Below, piece by piece: positions 38,349 through 47,574 of a stretch of 64,000 bases of DNA (the stretch's first letter is position 1; every line of letters begins with the position of its first letter). Source of the DNA: Alloacidobacterium sp. (lineage in GTDB: Bacteria > Acidobacteriota > Terriglobia > Terriglobales > Acidobacteriaceae); NCBI GenBank assembly GCA_035293545.1, contig DATGMQ010000048.1:10831-74830 (forward strand), written 5' to 3'. The position numbers were made by a program, and so were the translations under genes. The notes beneath the pieces were generated by a model. It did no database searches. It saw only the letters and a program-made list of their open reading frames with translations, and was not told the origin of the DNA.

Positions 38349-38429
38349 AGACGCTGCAAGTCTTACTTTTCGATTGTACAGGGTGCTGCCCGCACGGGGC
38401 CACGCGCCTTCGGCGCCAAAACACAGAGT

Positions 38430-38492
38430 TGTCATCCTGAGCCAAGCGCGCAGTCAAAGAGCCTGCCCTGAGCTTGCCGAAGGGACCCGCTT
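38430..38492 (+). repeat. Composite/nested TGTC-tagged REP-like element
   Basis: TGTCATCCTGAGCCAAGCGCGCAGTCAAAGA followed by GCCTG-CCCT-GA-GCTTGCC-GA-AGGG-ACCCGCTT. Confidence 0.75.
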
Positions 38493-38546
38493 TCGCATCG
38501 GTCAGCGATAAAGAATCACTCTAACGTTGAGAAGAGGGGCCAGCAT

Positions 38547-38575
38547 GGGTGCCCCACATCTTGAAAAGATGTGGG
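38547..38575 (+). repeat. GGGTG-tagged REP-like hairpin
   Basis: GGGTGC-CCCACATCT-TGAAA-AGATGTGGG, perfect 9-bp stem. Confidence 0.65.
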
Positions 38576-38576
38576 A

Positions 38577-39203
38577 TCACACCGTATGCCGACTAGCTGA
38601 TTCTTGTGAGCTTTCCGTTGCGCGTGGAATAAGGATAGGAGGAAGTGAGAACGCCTGATTGATCATCAAGATTGCACACATGAAATTAAGAATTGCCCAA
38701 GTATTTCTGTGCAAATGTATCGGGATAATCGGATTAAATATCAATGCAGCGATAAGGAGACTGTAAATTTCCAAACCGGCAAGTCTGACCTAATCTTAAG
38801 TAGAGCGAATATCGCTGTTCCAAATACAAGGACTCTCAACAAGATATAGAAATCGTATGGGACACTTGCACCGATGGCAAAAATCAAAAGCAAGGAATTG
38901 ATGGCGAATAGAAATCGACAAAGCCTCCATTCCGGCGATGGGTTCGTCGTAACCCTCGATAGAGCATTGGATACTATTTTCGCAAGCCATTCTGCAAGAG
39001 TTCTGTCAGCATGCTGAAAAACTCTTACTAAACGACTTCTGTGACGTATCACAATGAAAGCAACCAAAATGACTGTCAGAAGTCCAAGAACGTGCCAAAA
39101 ATACCAAGTTATAAGCTGCCGAGTTCCTCCGGTAGCTGTTGCCACCAAACTGAACGAGCTTTGCAAAAATCAGCTTTAGCAGAAGGCTGAATTCTTCTCC
39201 CAT
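38577..39203 (-). pseudogene. Frameshifted membrane-protein gene (DUF6804-like C-terminal half)
   Basis: VPYDFYILLRVLVFG (ORF 38741-39166) continues as LLIAALIFNPIIPIHL..W (ORF 38577-38774) in another frame; AT-rich. Confidence 0.6.
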
Positions 39204-39270
39204 AGCCAAGCCTTACCTTAATTCTTTGAAGGCAAGCGTACCATGATGAAGGCTTTAGCCGTAGGTTTTA

Positions 39271-42200
39271 TTAATCCAGCGCCTGCACCATCCCGCGTCC
39301 CAGCAACTCCTCTGCGCGATCCACAAAGGCTCGATCCGCTGCAACCGTAACTCCGACGGGCTCCATCATCACGCAGAACTCATCTTTCTTTTCCAGGTTC
39401 AGCATTAACTTCCCCGGGCCAGGCGAGTCAGCAATCATCTGCCGCAATTCAACCAGCGTCGCTTCGCTCGTACGCTCCAGCGGCACACGAATGCGCACAT
39501 TCTGCGGTAGCCGCACCTTCACATCTTCAAGCGCCTGGATATAAGAAACGCACAGCTTCGGGGCAGCCTCTTCTTCCGCGCGAAGCTGTCCGCGAACCAG
39601 CACCGGCACCTCGATCTTCAGCGTCTCTTTCAGCCGCTCATAGTCTTTGGGAAAGCAGATCAGATCAATCTTGCCTGTCGCATCTTCCAGAGAAGCCTGC
39701 GCATACAGCTCGCCCGACCGCTTCGATTTCGCAACCTTCAATCCGGCAATTACACCCGCCACTGCAATTTCGTTCTCCGGTGCCTGCCCACGCCGCCCAT
39801 TGCTTGGCGCCGGCTTCATTTCAAGAGCTGTTGCCGTGTCGACAACCCCCGGCAAATTCCGCAGCTTCTCCGCGTATTTGTCCAGCGGATGTCCCGATAC
39901 AAAGAACCCCAGCACTTCTTTTTCAGCCTGCAGGCGCTGATATTCATCCCAGTCGGGAATATTCGGCAGATCATCGGCCTTTGCAGTCGCCGGATGATCA
40001 TCAAAAATCCCGAAAAGCCCGTGCTGCCCGGCCTCGCGATCGCGCTGAGTCTTCTGCGCGCGCTCCATTGCCTTGTCTACTGAGGCCATCAGTGCAGCGC
40101 GACGCCCGAAAGAATCCAGAGCGCCCGACTTGATCAGCGATTCAACGACGCGCTTGTTCATCAGCCGCAGATCGACCTTTTCGCAGAACTCCCAGAATGA
40201 TGCGAAGGTCTTTTTCTGTTCCGCCAGCTCATTTCGCGCTGTCAGGATTGAATCAATCGCATTGCGCCCGACGTTCTTGATTGCCGTCAGCCCGAAGCGG
40301 ATCGCCTTGCCATGCGGCGTAAAGTCTGCATCACTGAAGATCACATCCGGCGGCTCAACCGGAATCTCCATCTCGCGACATTCCTTGATGTACTTGACCA
40401 CATTCTCCGGCTTGGAAATTTCCGACGTCAGCAGCGCCGCCATGAACTCCACCGGATAGTGCGTTTTCAGGTAAGCGGTGTGATACGCCAGCAGTGCATA
40501 CGCCGCCGAATGCGACTTGTTAAAGCCGTATCCGGCAAACTGCTCCATCAGATCGAAGATGCGAACGACCTTGTCCTTCGGAAATCCCTTCTCTAACGCG
40601 CCGGAAACAAAGCGGTCACGCTGCTCCGCCATCTCTTCCGGATTCTTCTTGCCCATTGCACGACGCAACAGATCCGCTTCACCCAGCGAATAGCCTGCAA
40701 GCACGTTGGCAATCTGCATCACCTGTTCCTGGTAAACGATGACGCCGAGTGTTTCTTTCAGAATTGCTTCCAGCGGCGGTAGCTCATACTCAACTTTGCG
40801 CCGTCCCCATTTGCGCTCGATGAAGTCATCGATCATGCCGCCCTGAATCGGTCCCGGACGATAGAGCGCATTCAAAGCTGTCAGGTCTTCGACAGTTGTC
40901 GGCTTATAGCGTCGCAGCACATCGCGCATGCCGCCCGATTCAAACTGAAAGACGCCCGAAGTCAGCGCCCGATGGAAGACCTTTTCATATGTCGTATGAT
41001 CATCCAGCGGAACCTTCGCCATATCCAGTTCTTCACCCTGGTTGCGCTTGATCAGCTTCAGGCAGTCGTCGATGACAGTCAGTGTGGTCAGCCCCAGGAA
41101 ATCCATTTTGAGCAGACCCATCTTTTCGACTGCCTTCATGTCGTAGGCGGTCACAATTTCGTCGTTCTTGCTGCGCGACACTGGAACAAGATCGGTCAAC
41201 GGACGCGGCGCGATTACAACGCCGGCTGCATGCACGCCCGCGCCACGCACCAGCCCTTCGAGCTTCTTCGCCGTATCGATCAGCTCCTTGACCTGCGGAT
41301 TCGATTCATAAGCTTCCTGCAGCGGCGGCGAATCTTCTAATGCCTGTTCAATTGTCACGCCGATGGTCGTCGGCACCAGCTTGGCGATACGGTCCACATC
41401 ACCATACGGCATGTCGAGCGCGCGGCCTACGTCCTTGATCGCCGCCTTCGCCGCCATCGTGTTGAAAGTGATGATTTGCGCCACCTGTTCGCGACCGTAC
41501 TTGCGCGTAACGTACTCGATCACCTCGCCGCGACGGTTCATGTCGAAGTCAATATCGATATCCGGCATCGATACTCGCTCCGGATTTAAAAAGCGCTCAA
41601 AGAGCAGCGCATTCTGCAGCGGATCGATATCGGTAATTTCCATGCAGTAGGTCGCCAGCGAGCCTGCTGCCGAGCCGCGCCCCGGACCAACTGGAATTCC
41701 ATGTTCACGCGCATAGCGAATGAAGTCCCATACGATGAGGAAGTAGCCGGGAAACTTCATCTGCTTGATGATCGAAATCTCTCGCTCCAGCCGCGCTTCA
41801 TATTCCGAGATCGGTTGCCGCAGCAGCCCATGATCCTGCAAATGCCGGATCGAAGTAGCTAGACGCTTTTTGAATCCTTCGCGACACACCTGCTCAAAGT
41901 AGCTGTCAATCGTGTGTCCCGGTGGAACGGCAAATTCCGGAAATGGATTATCGACTTTGCTGAGCTTCAGATTGCAGCGCTCGGCAAACTGCATCGTGCG
42001 ACTCACCACTTCGGGAGAATGCGAGAACAGCTTCTCCATCTCCGCCGCCGTCTTCACATAAAACTGGTCGGAGTCAAACTTAAAGCGTTTCGGGTCGTGA
42101 ATCGATGACGCCGTCTGCACGCAGAGCAGCACCTCATGTGCATGCGAATCGTCCTCGCACAAGTAGTGGCTGTCATTCGTCGCCACCAGCGGAATGCCCA

Positions 42201-42786
42201 GTTCTTTCTCCAGCCGAAACAGATCGGCATGAATCTTCTTTTCGAGCTCCAGCCCCTGATCTTGAATTTCAAGAAAGAAATTTCCTTTGCCGAAGATCTC
42301 CTGATACTGCCCCGCCGTTGCCTTCGCCGCTTCGTACTTTCCAGCCATCAGGTTCTCGCAAAGCTCGCCTGCAAGACATCCTGAGAAGCCGATCAACCCC
42401 TCCGAGTGCTCCGCCAGATACTTCTTGCTCACGCGTGGCTTGCGGTAAAACCCATACAGCGAAGCCTCCGAAGTAATCCGCACCAGATTGCGATAGCCCT
42501 CTTCGTTCTCCGCCAACACCAGCAGATGGTTGTAGTCATCGCCCTGGGGATCGGCCCGGTGATCGTCCTTCTTGCAGATATAAAGTTCGCAGCCCAGAAT
42601 CGGCTTCACGCCGCGCTTCTTCGCAGCATCGAAAAAATGAACCGCCCCATATATATTCCCGTGGTCAGTAATAGCAACCGCCTGCTGGCCAATGTCGGCT
42701 ACACGGTTTACCAGCTTGTCCACGTCGCAAGCCCCATCCAGGAGCGAGTAATCGGTATGCAGATGCAGATGGGTAAATTCAGCCAT
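39271..42786 (-). CDS. dnaE: DNA polymerase III alpha subunit
   Basis: PHP domain HLHLHTDYSLLDG, GRGSAAGS, PDIDID, GYGFNKSH. Confidence 0.98.
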   Translation of the reverse strand: MAEFTHLHLHTDYSLLDGACDVDKLVNRVADIGQQAVAITDHGNIYGAVHFFDAAKKRGVKPILGCELYICKKDDHRADPQGDDYNHLLVLAENEEGYRNLVRITSEASLYGFYRKPRVSKKYLAEHSEGLIGFSGCLAGELCENLMAGKYEAAKATAGQYQEIFGKGNFFLEIQDQGLELEKKIHADLFRLEKELGIPLVATNDSHYLCEDDSHAHEVLLCVQTASSIHDPKRFKFDSDQFYVKTAAEMEKLFSHSPEVVSRTMQFAERCNLKLSKVDNPFPEFAVPPGHTIDSYFEQVCREGFKKRLATSIRHLQDHGLLRQPISEYEARLEREISIIKQMKFPGYFLIVWDFIRYAREHGIPVGPGRGSAAGSLATYCMEITDIDPLQNALLFERFLNPERVSMPDIDIDFDMNRRGEVIEYVTRKYGREQVAQIITFNTMAAKAAIKDVGRALDMPYGDVDRIAKLVPTTIGVTIEQALEDSPPLQEAYESNPQVKELIDTAKKLEGLVRGAGVHAAGVVIAPRPLTDLVPVSRSKNDEIVTAYDMKAVEKMGLLKMDFLGLTTLTVIDDCLKLIKRNQGEELDMAKVPLDDHTTYEKVFHRALTSGVFQFESGGMRDVLRRYKPTTVEDLTALNALYRPGPIQGGMIDDFIERKWGRRKVEYELPPLEAILKETLGVIVYQEQVMQIANVLAGYSLGEADLLRRAMGKKNPEEMAEQRDRFVSGALEKGFPKDKVVRIFDLMEQFAGYGFNKSHSAAYALLAYHTAYLKTHYPVEFMAALLTSEISKPENVVKYIKECREMEIPVEPPDVIFSDADFTPHGKAIRFGLTAIKNVGRNAIDSILTARNELAEQKKTFASFWEFCEKVDLRLMNKRVVESLIKSGALDSFGRRAALMASVDKAMERAQKTQRDREAGQHGLFGIFDDHPATAKADDLPNIPDWDEYQRLQAEKEVLGFFVSGHPLDKYAEKLRNLPGVVDTATALEMKPAPSNGRRGQAPENEIAVAGVIAGLKVAKSKRSGELYAQASLEDATGKIDLICFPKDYERLKETLKIEVPVLVRGQLRAEEEAAPKLCVSYIQALEDVKVRLPQNVRIRVPLERTSEATLVELRQMIADSPGPGKLMLNLEKKDEFCVMMEPVGVTVAADRAFVDRAEELLGRGMVQALD

Positions 42787-42973
42787 GGGATGTGACTATT
42801 TTAGTTCCGCTGTACCGTTCGCTTCAGGCGAAGCTACGGTGTAAATTCTGATTCCGCTGAGGAAAAGTAGTGCAGAAACTCTGCTGCTTTCTAATTATTG
42901 AACGCGCACGAAAGGTAGTCCGCTCTTATATGTCCTTTGAGCCAGTAAAGCAATGCGAAATAATATGACATAA

Positions 42974-43009
42974 TTGACATGTATATTGTCGTACGATAAT
43001 ATACATGTC
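42974..43009 (+). promoter_or_regulatory. Sigma70-type promoter with overlapping 34-bp palindromic operator of the TA operon
   Basis: TTGACA (42974) - 17 bp - TAATAT (42997); palindrome GACATGTATATTGTCGTACGATAATATACATGTC at 42976-43009. Confidence 0.8.
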
Positions 43010-43021
43010 GAGGGGATAGCT

Positions 43022-43525
43022 ATGGCAATGTATGTTGCGAAGACCGGAAAGAGCTTTTTGGCAGCGGATCGCGTCTGGATTGCAACAGCCCTTCTGCATA
43101 AAGAAAATCCCAAACGAGCTAGTTTTACCTTGAATGAAATTCGCCAGCGAGGGCATCGAGAGGGATTTGTTGAGGAATCAACAAATGTTTTTTATGTTCA
43201 CGCAAATCAACATTGTGTTGCGAATCGCATGCCCAATCCAGGGAATCACAGAATGCTTTTCGAGCCGTCGCGCGGAGAGCGAAGGCTTTATCGTGCCGGA
43301 GATTCATGTAAGCCAGGTCGGGTTGGGAAAATTACGCCAAACCCAGAAGATATCCCCCAGAAATACCTCTACCTGCTCGATTGGTACAAAGACTGGAGCA
43401 GACGAACCGCTCCTGAACAGCCGCAAATCGATAGGCTTCTCGCATTAAAAGGTTCCGGAAAAGACATCTGGAAAGATGAACATGCCGACGAATACGTCAA
43501 TCGCTTGCGAGAGGGGTGGGAATGA
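43022..43525 (+). CDS. Putative antitoxin (large, 167 aa) of a VapBC-like module
   Basis: GAGGGG RBS; C-terminal LLALKGSGKDIWKDEHADEYVNRLREGWE VapB-like tail; ATGA overlap with the PIN gene. Confidence 0.7.
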   Translation: MAMYVAKTGKSFLAADRVWIATALLHKENPKRASFTLNEIRQRGHREGFVEESTNVFYVHANQHCVANRMPNPGNHRMLFEPSRGERRLYRAGDSCKPGRVGKITPNPEDIPQKYLYLLDWYKDWSRRTAPEQPQIDRLLALKGSGKDIWKDEHADEYVNRLREGWE

Positions 43526-43950
43526 GCCGTATCTTTTGGGATACCAATCTTTTTATTTATCTTTTCGAAGATTATGGCAAGCACTCGAGGTCAGTAGAAA
43601 ATCTGCGATGCCGCATGATCGAGCGAGAAGATCAGCTTGTGACTTCTTCCTTGACAATCGGTGAGATTCTTACGAAACCGCAATCTGTGGGAAATACTCT
43701 TGCCTGCGAAGAATATGAAGAAGCCATTCGTGCGACCGCAATCGTGATAGATTTCGATATTGCCGCCGCACGCAACTATGCAAAGCTGCGCGCACAAAAC
43801 CAGAAAACGATACGCCCTCCAGATGCGATTCAGCTTGCCTGTGCCTCAACCGCTGGAGTCGATCTTTTCCTAACGAACGACAGCCGCCTACACAGCCTAC
43901 GTGTTGATGGAATCCATTTCATCACCTCAGTCGATCGCGCTCCTCTTTAA
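43522..43950 (+). CDS. vapC: PIN-domain (VapC-family) toxin
   Basis: IFWDTNLFIY, TIGEIL, PDAIQLACA, FLTND acidic PIN motifs. Confidence 0.92.
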   Translation: MSRIFWDTNLFIYLFEDYGKHSRSVENLRCRMIEREDQLVTSSLTIGEILTKPQSVGNTLACEEYEEAIRATAIVIDFDIAAARNYAKLRAQNQKTIRPPDAIQLACASTAGVDLFLTNDSRLHSLRVDGIHFITSVDRAPL

Positions 43951-43999
43951 TGGTGTAGCCCCATTCTGTCACTTTTAGTACGGATGGGGCTCGCACACT

Positions 44000-45346
44000 T
44001 CAGTCGTAATACTCCAGCCCAAGATGCGTAATCAAATCCTCGCCCATAATGTGGCGCAGCGTATTCTTTAGCTTCATCGACTGAATAAACAGATCGTGCT
44101 CCGGATACAGCCCTTCCGCCGTCATCGGCGACTTGAAGTAGAAACTCAGCCACTCCTGAATCCCCAAGTGCTTCAGTTCCGGAGTCCGCTGCGCAAGATC
44201 AAGGAACAGCACCAGATCGAGAGCAATCGGAGCCGCCAAGATCGAGTCACGGCAGAGAAAATCGACCTTGATCTGCATCGGATAGCCTAGCCATCCAAAG
44301 ATGTCGATATTGTCCCAACCCTCTTTATTATCACCACGCGGCGGATAATAGTTAATGCGAACCTTGTGGTAAATATCCTTATAAAGTTCTGGATAAAGCT
44401 CCGGCTGCAGAATGAAATCAAGCACCCCCAGCTTCGACTCTTCTTTCGTCTTAAACGATTCTGGATCGTCCAGGACCTCGCCGTCGCGGTTGCCGAGAAT
44501 GTTTGTCGAGTACCACCCCGAGACCCCAAGCATGCGCGCCTTAAACGCAGGCGCCAGAACCGTTTTCATAAATGTTTGCCCGGTCTTGAAGTCTTTGCCA
44601 CAAATCGGCGCGCCCGTCAGCTTCGAAAGCTGCTGCATGCAAGGCAAATCGACAGTCAGATTCGGTGCGCCATTCGCAAACGGAACGCCTTCCTTCAGCG
44701 CTGCATACGCATAAATCTGTGAAGGCGCAATGTTCGGATCATTATCCGTCAGCCCCTTCTCAAACGCCTCAATCGACTGGTGCACCGCTGAAGGCTCCAG
44801 AAAAATTTCGGTCGACCCGCACCAGATCACCACCACGCGATCCACCTGCGACTTGAAGGCCTGAATGTCTGACCGCAACTGCTGCGCCAGATCGCACTTG
44901 CTCTTGCCCTGCTTTACGTGTGTTCCATTCAACCGCTTTACATAATGCTGATCAAAAACCGCCGGCAGCGGCTTGATTGCTTCCAAGAAAGGCTTGATGC
45001 TGTTCAGATGGTCGCGGTCGAGCACAGCGGCATGCTCCGCCGCTTCGTACATGTTCTCCGGGAAGATGTCCCAGCCGGTAAATACCACATCCTTCAAATC
45101 CGCCAGTGGAACAAAATCTTTAATCAGCGGCGTGCGCGCATCGGTGCGCTTGCCCAGCCGAATCGTCCCCATCTGCGTCAGCGACCCAATGGGCTTAGCC
45201 AGCCCCTTTCGCACCGCTTCCACTCCGGCAATCAGCGTGGTGGATACGGCTCCCATGCCGACCGTCATTACTCCCAGCTTTCCGGTTGCTGGCTGAACCT
45301 TTTCTTTCGCAGCAGAATTTTTCCCGCTGTCTTTCGGCGTAGACAT
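44000..45346 (-). CDS. ino1: Myo-inositol-1-phosphate synthase
   Basis: GMGAVSTT, GKDFKTGQT, NILGNRDG, YYPPRGDNKE, RDSILAAP. Confidence 0.93.
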   Translation of the reverse strand: MSTPKDSGKNSAAKEKVQPATGKLGVMTVGMGAVSTTLIAGVEAVRKGLAKPIGSLTQMGTIRLGKRTDARTPLIKDFVPLADLKDVVFTGWDIFPENMYEAAEHAAVLDRDHLNSIKPFLEAIKPLPAVFDQHYVKRLNGTHVKQGKSKCDLAQQLRSDIQAFKSQVDRVVVIWCGSTEIFLEPSAVHQSIEAFEKGLTDNDPNIAPSQIYAYAALKEGVPFANGAPNLTVDLPCMQQLSKLTGAPICGKDFKTGQTFMKTVLAPAFKARMLGVSGWYSTNILGNRDGEVLDDPESFKTKEESKLGVLDFILQPELYPELYKDIYHKVRINYYPPRGDNKEGWDNIDIFGWLGYPMQIKVDFLCRDSILAAPIALDLVLFLDLAQRTPELKHLGIQEWLSFYFKSPMTAEGLYPEHDLFIQSMKLKNTLRHIMGEDLITHLGLEYYD

Positions 45347-45532
45347 TCTTGCTTCGACCATCCTTTTGTCAGATAAAATTATCGGCTGTATCAAACTATG
45401 TAGTCTCTGCTTTCAAAGCATGCTTTGGCAAATGCCGTAATTCAAATGGCGATATCCATGATGCGAATGGAAAAAATGGTAAAGCAGATGGAATATTCCT
45501 AAATCTGTGCGTACACGCCCTGAGCTTTGTTA

Positions 45533-46171
45533 TTAAGCCTCTTCAGGGCGCACGCGGTTCTTCCAGTGCGTCCACACAAACCAGATAATCGCAGCCACCA
45601 GCACAATTTCCACCGCCAGGTGGAAGCGATGAAAAGCTGCCTTGAATCGCGGATCGGTCTCCCACGCCTGTCCAAGCTTCATACCGACATAAGCCAACAC
45701 GAAACACCACGGCCATGATCCAATAAATGTGTAAATGTGAAATCGAAGTTGCGGCATCCGCGCAATGCCTGCAGGCAGCGCAATAAACGTCCGCACTACT
45801 GGTAGTAGACGGCCAATAAAGACCGTAATTCCGCCAAAACGCTGGAAAAAGTGCTCCGCGCGGTCTAAGTCATGCTGGTTCAGCAGCACAAATCGTCCAT
45901 ATTTGAGGATAAATGGCCGTCCGCCCAGCGCCCCAATCCAATACGCTACTACCGAGCCAAGATTGCACCCAATCGCTCCCGCCGTTGCCACCCAGAAAAG
46001 CTTCAGCTGTCCTGTATGTACCAAGTATCCGGAAAACGGCATGATGATTTCAGATGGCAGCGGGATGCAGGCCGACTCAATCGCCATCAACAATGCGACT
46101 CCGATGTATCCTGATGCGGAAATTACAGAGATGATGAAGGAGGCAAGAACGGCGAGTATCTTTTCGGTCAT
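45533..46171 (-). CDS. DedA family membrane protein
   Basis: ESACIPLPSE, GRLLPVVRTFIALPAG. Confidence 0.93.
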   Translation of the reverse strand: MTEKILAVLASFIISVISASGYIGVALLMAIESACIPLPSEIIMPFSGYLVHTGQLKLFWVATAGAIGCNLGSVVAYWIGALGGRPFILKYGRFVLLNQHDLDRAEHFFQRFGGITVFIGRLLPVVRTFIALPAGIARMPQLRFHIYTFIGSWPWCFVLAYVGMKLGQAWETDPRFKAAFHRFHLAVEIVLVAAIIWFVWTHWKNRVRPEEA

Positions 46172-46206
46172 TCGACTTGAGTATACCTGCCTGCATCACA
46201 ATTTCT

Positions 46207-46506
46207 ATGGCGCGACTCTCCAGCCAATGCCAACCCGAAGCCGGCACCTTTCTTCCCGTTATTGACCGCAATCTCTGCGATGGAAAGCAGGACTGCGTTG
46301 CCGTCTGCCCGTTTGAAGTCTTTAGTATGCAGCGCATTACCGGAATGGATCTCGCTATGTTCCCGGTCGCGCCGCGCAAAGCTCACAAGTTCATCGGGAA
46401 ATGGCAAGCCTTTGTTGTCCGCGCTGAAGCCTGTCACGCATGCAATCTCTGCGTTATTGCCTGCCCTGAAGATGCGATCCGCCTGGTTCACAATAATAAG
46501 AAATAA
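46207..46506 (+). CDS. Dicluster ferredoxin (probably 3Fe-4S + 4Fe-4S)
   Basis: CDGKQDCVAVCP and CHACNLCVIACPEDAI. Confidence 0.88.
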   Translation: MARLSSQCQPEAGTFLPVIDRNLCDGKQDCVAVCPFEVFSMQRITGMDLAMFPVAPRKAHKFIGKWQAFVVRAEACHACNLCVIACPEDAIRLVHNNKK

Positions 46507-46686
46507 AATCAGTCAACCCGCGCTCAGTGAACACGCAGTCCTAACACAATACACTGCGACAAGAACGGGCCCCGCAACCCTCAATACGAATACTGATTTT
46601 CTTCAAACTTGCGGGCAATCTATTGGTCCAACATAATGAGGAAAGGCTCAGTCATGATGCAGATGACTTGTGATGGAGGAAAATAA

Positions 46687-47523
46687 GTGTCTGATTTGCC
46701 AAGGGTTCCGATTACGGTCGAAGGCTCCTGCGTTCTTCACCAGATGTTTCGGTTTGACTGGGAAGCGTGGAAGCAGCTCCCTTCTTCGGAACAAGACAAA
46801 GTGAAATCTCAGGCCGTTGAACGTTTCCAGGAGTGGGAGAAGGGATCAGGCGCGCCGGTGAGAAATCAATCAGCCATCTTTTCTCTGCTTGGACACAAGG
46901 GAGACCTTCTTTTCGTTCACTTCAGAGATTCTTTTGCAGATCTCAATCGGGTTGAACTCCAACTCGCCCAGACATGCCTGCATAAATTCCTGAAACCACA
47001 GCACTCTTACCTCTCAGTGGTTGAACTTGGTCTCTACGAGTCCTCGGCAAAAACGTACGCCAGCCTCGCTGAAAAAGGCTTCACCGAAGGTTCGCCTGAG
47101 TGGGATGCGGGAATTCAGGAGGTTGCCGAACGCCAGTCTAAGGCCATGGCGCAGCGACTCTTTCCAGCCATTCCTCCGGCAAAGTACATATGTTTCTATC
47201 CCATGGACCGGAAACGCGGCGAAGCAAAGAACTGGTACACCGAATCTATGTCAGAACGCCAGCGCATGATGCATGAGCATGGCTTAATCGGTCGCCGCTA
47301 TGCCGATTCCGTACGGCAGATCATTACTGGTTCGATCGGCTTTGACAATTGGGAATGGGGCGTCGATCTGTTCGCCGAAGATCCACTCGTGTTCAAAAAA
47401 CTCATCTATGAAATGCGTTTTGACGAGGTGAGCGCAGTCTATGCCCTCTTTGGAGAGTTCTTTATTGGCATCAGACTTCCAGCCAGTGACCTTGCACCAT
47501 GGCTGCAAGGCAGGCTCACATAA
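46687..47523 (+). CDS. chdC: Coproheme decarboxylase (HemQ, chlorite dismutase family)
   Basis: GHKGDL, CFYPMDRKR, NWY, HEHGLIGR, RQIITGS, EWGV, YEMRFDEVSA. Confidence 0.88.
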   Translation: MSDLPRVPITVEGSCVLHQMFRFDWEAWKQLPSSEQDKVKSQAVERFQEWEKGSGAPVRNQSAIFSLLGHKGDLLFVHFRDSFADLNRVELQLAQTCLHKFLKPQHSYLSVVELGLYESSAKTYASLAEKGFTEGSPEWDAGIQEVAERQSKAMAQRLFPAIPPAKYICFYPMDRKRGEAKNWYTESMSERQRMMHEHGLIGRRYADSVRQIITGSIGFDNWEWGVDLFAEDPLVFKKLIYEMRFDEVSAVYALFGEFFIGIRLPASDLAPWLQGRLT

Positions 47524-47574
47524 CTTGAGATTGGATTTTAGCGCTTTCACCGCCCTCTGCGGTAAAACATCCCT

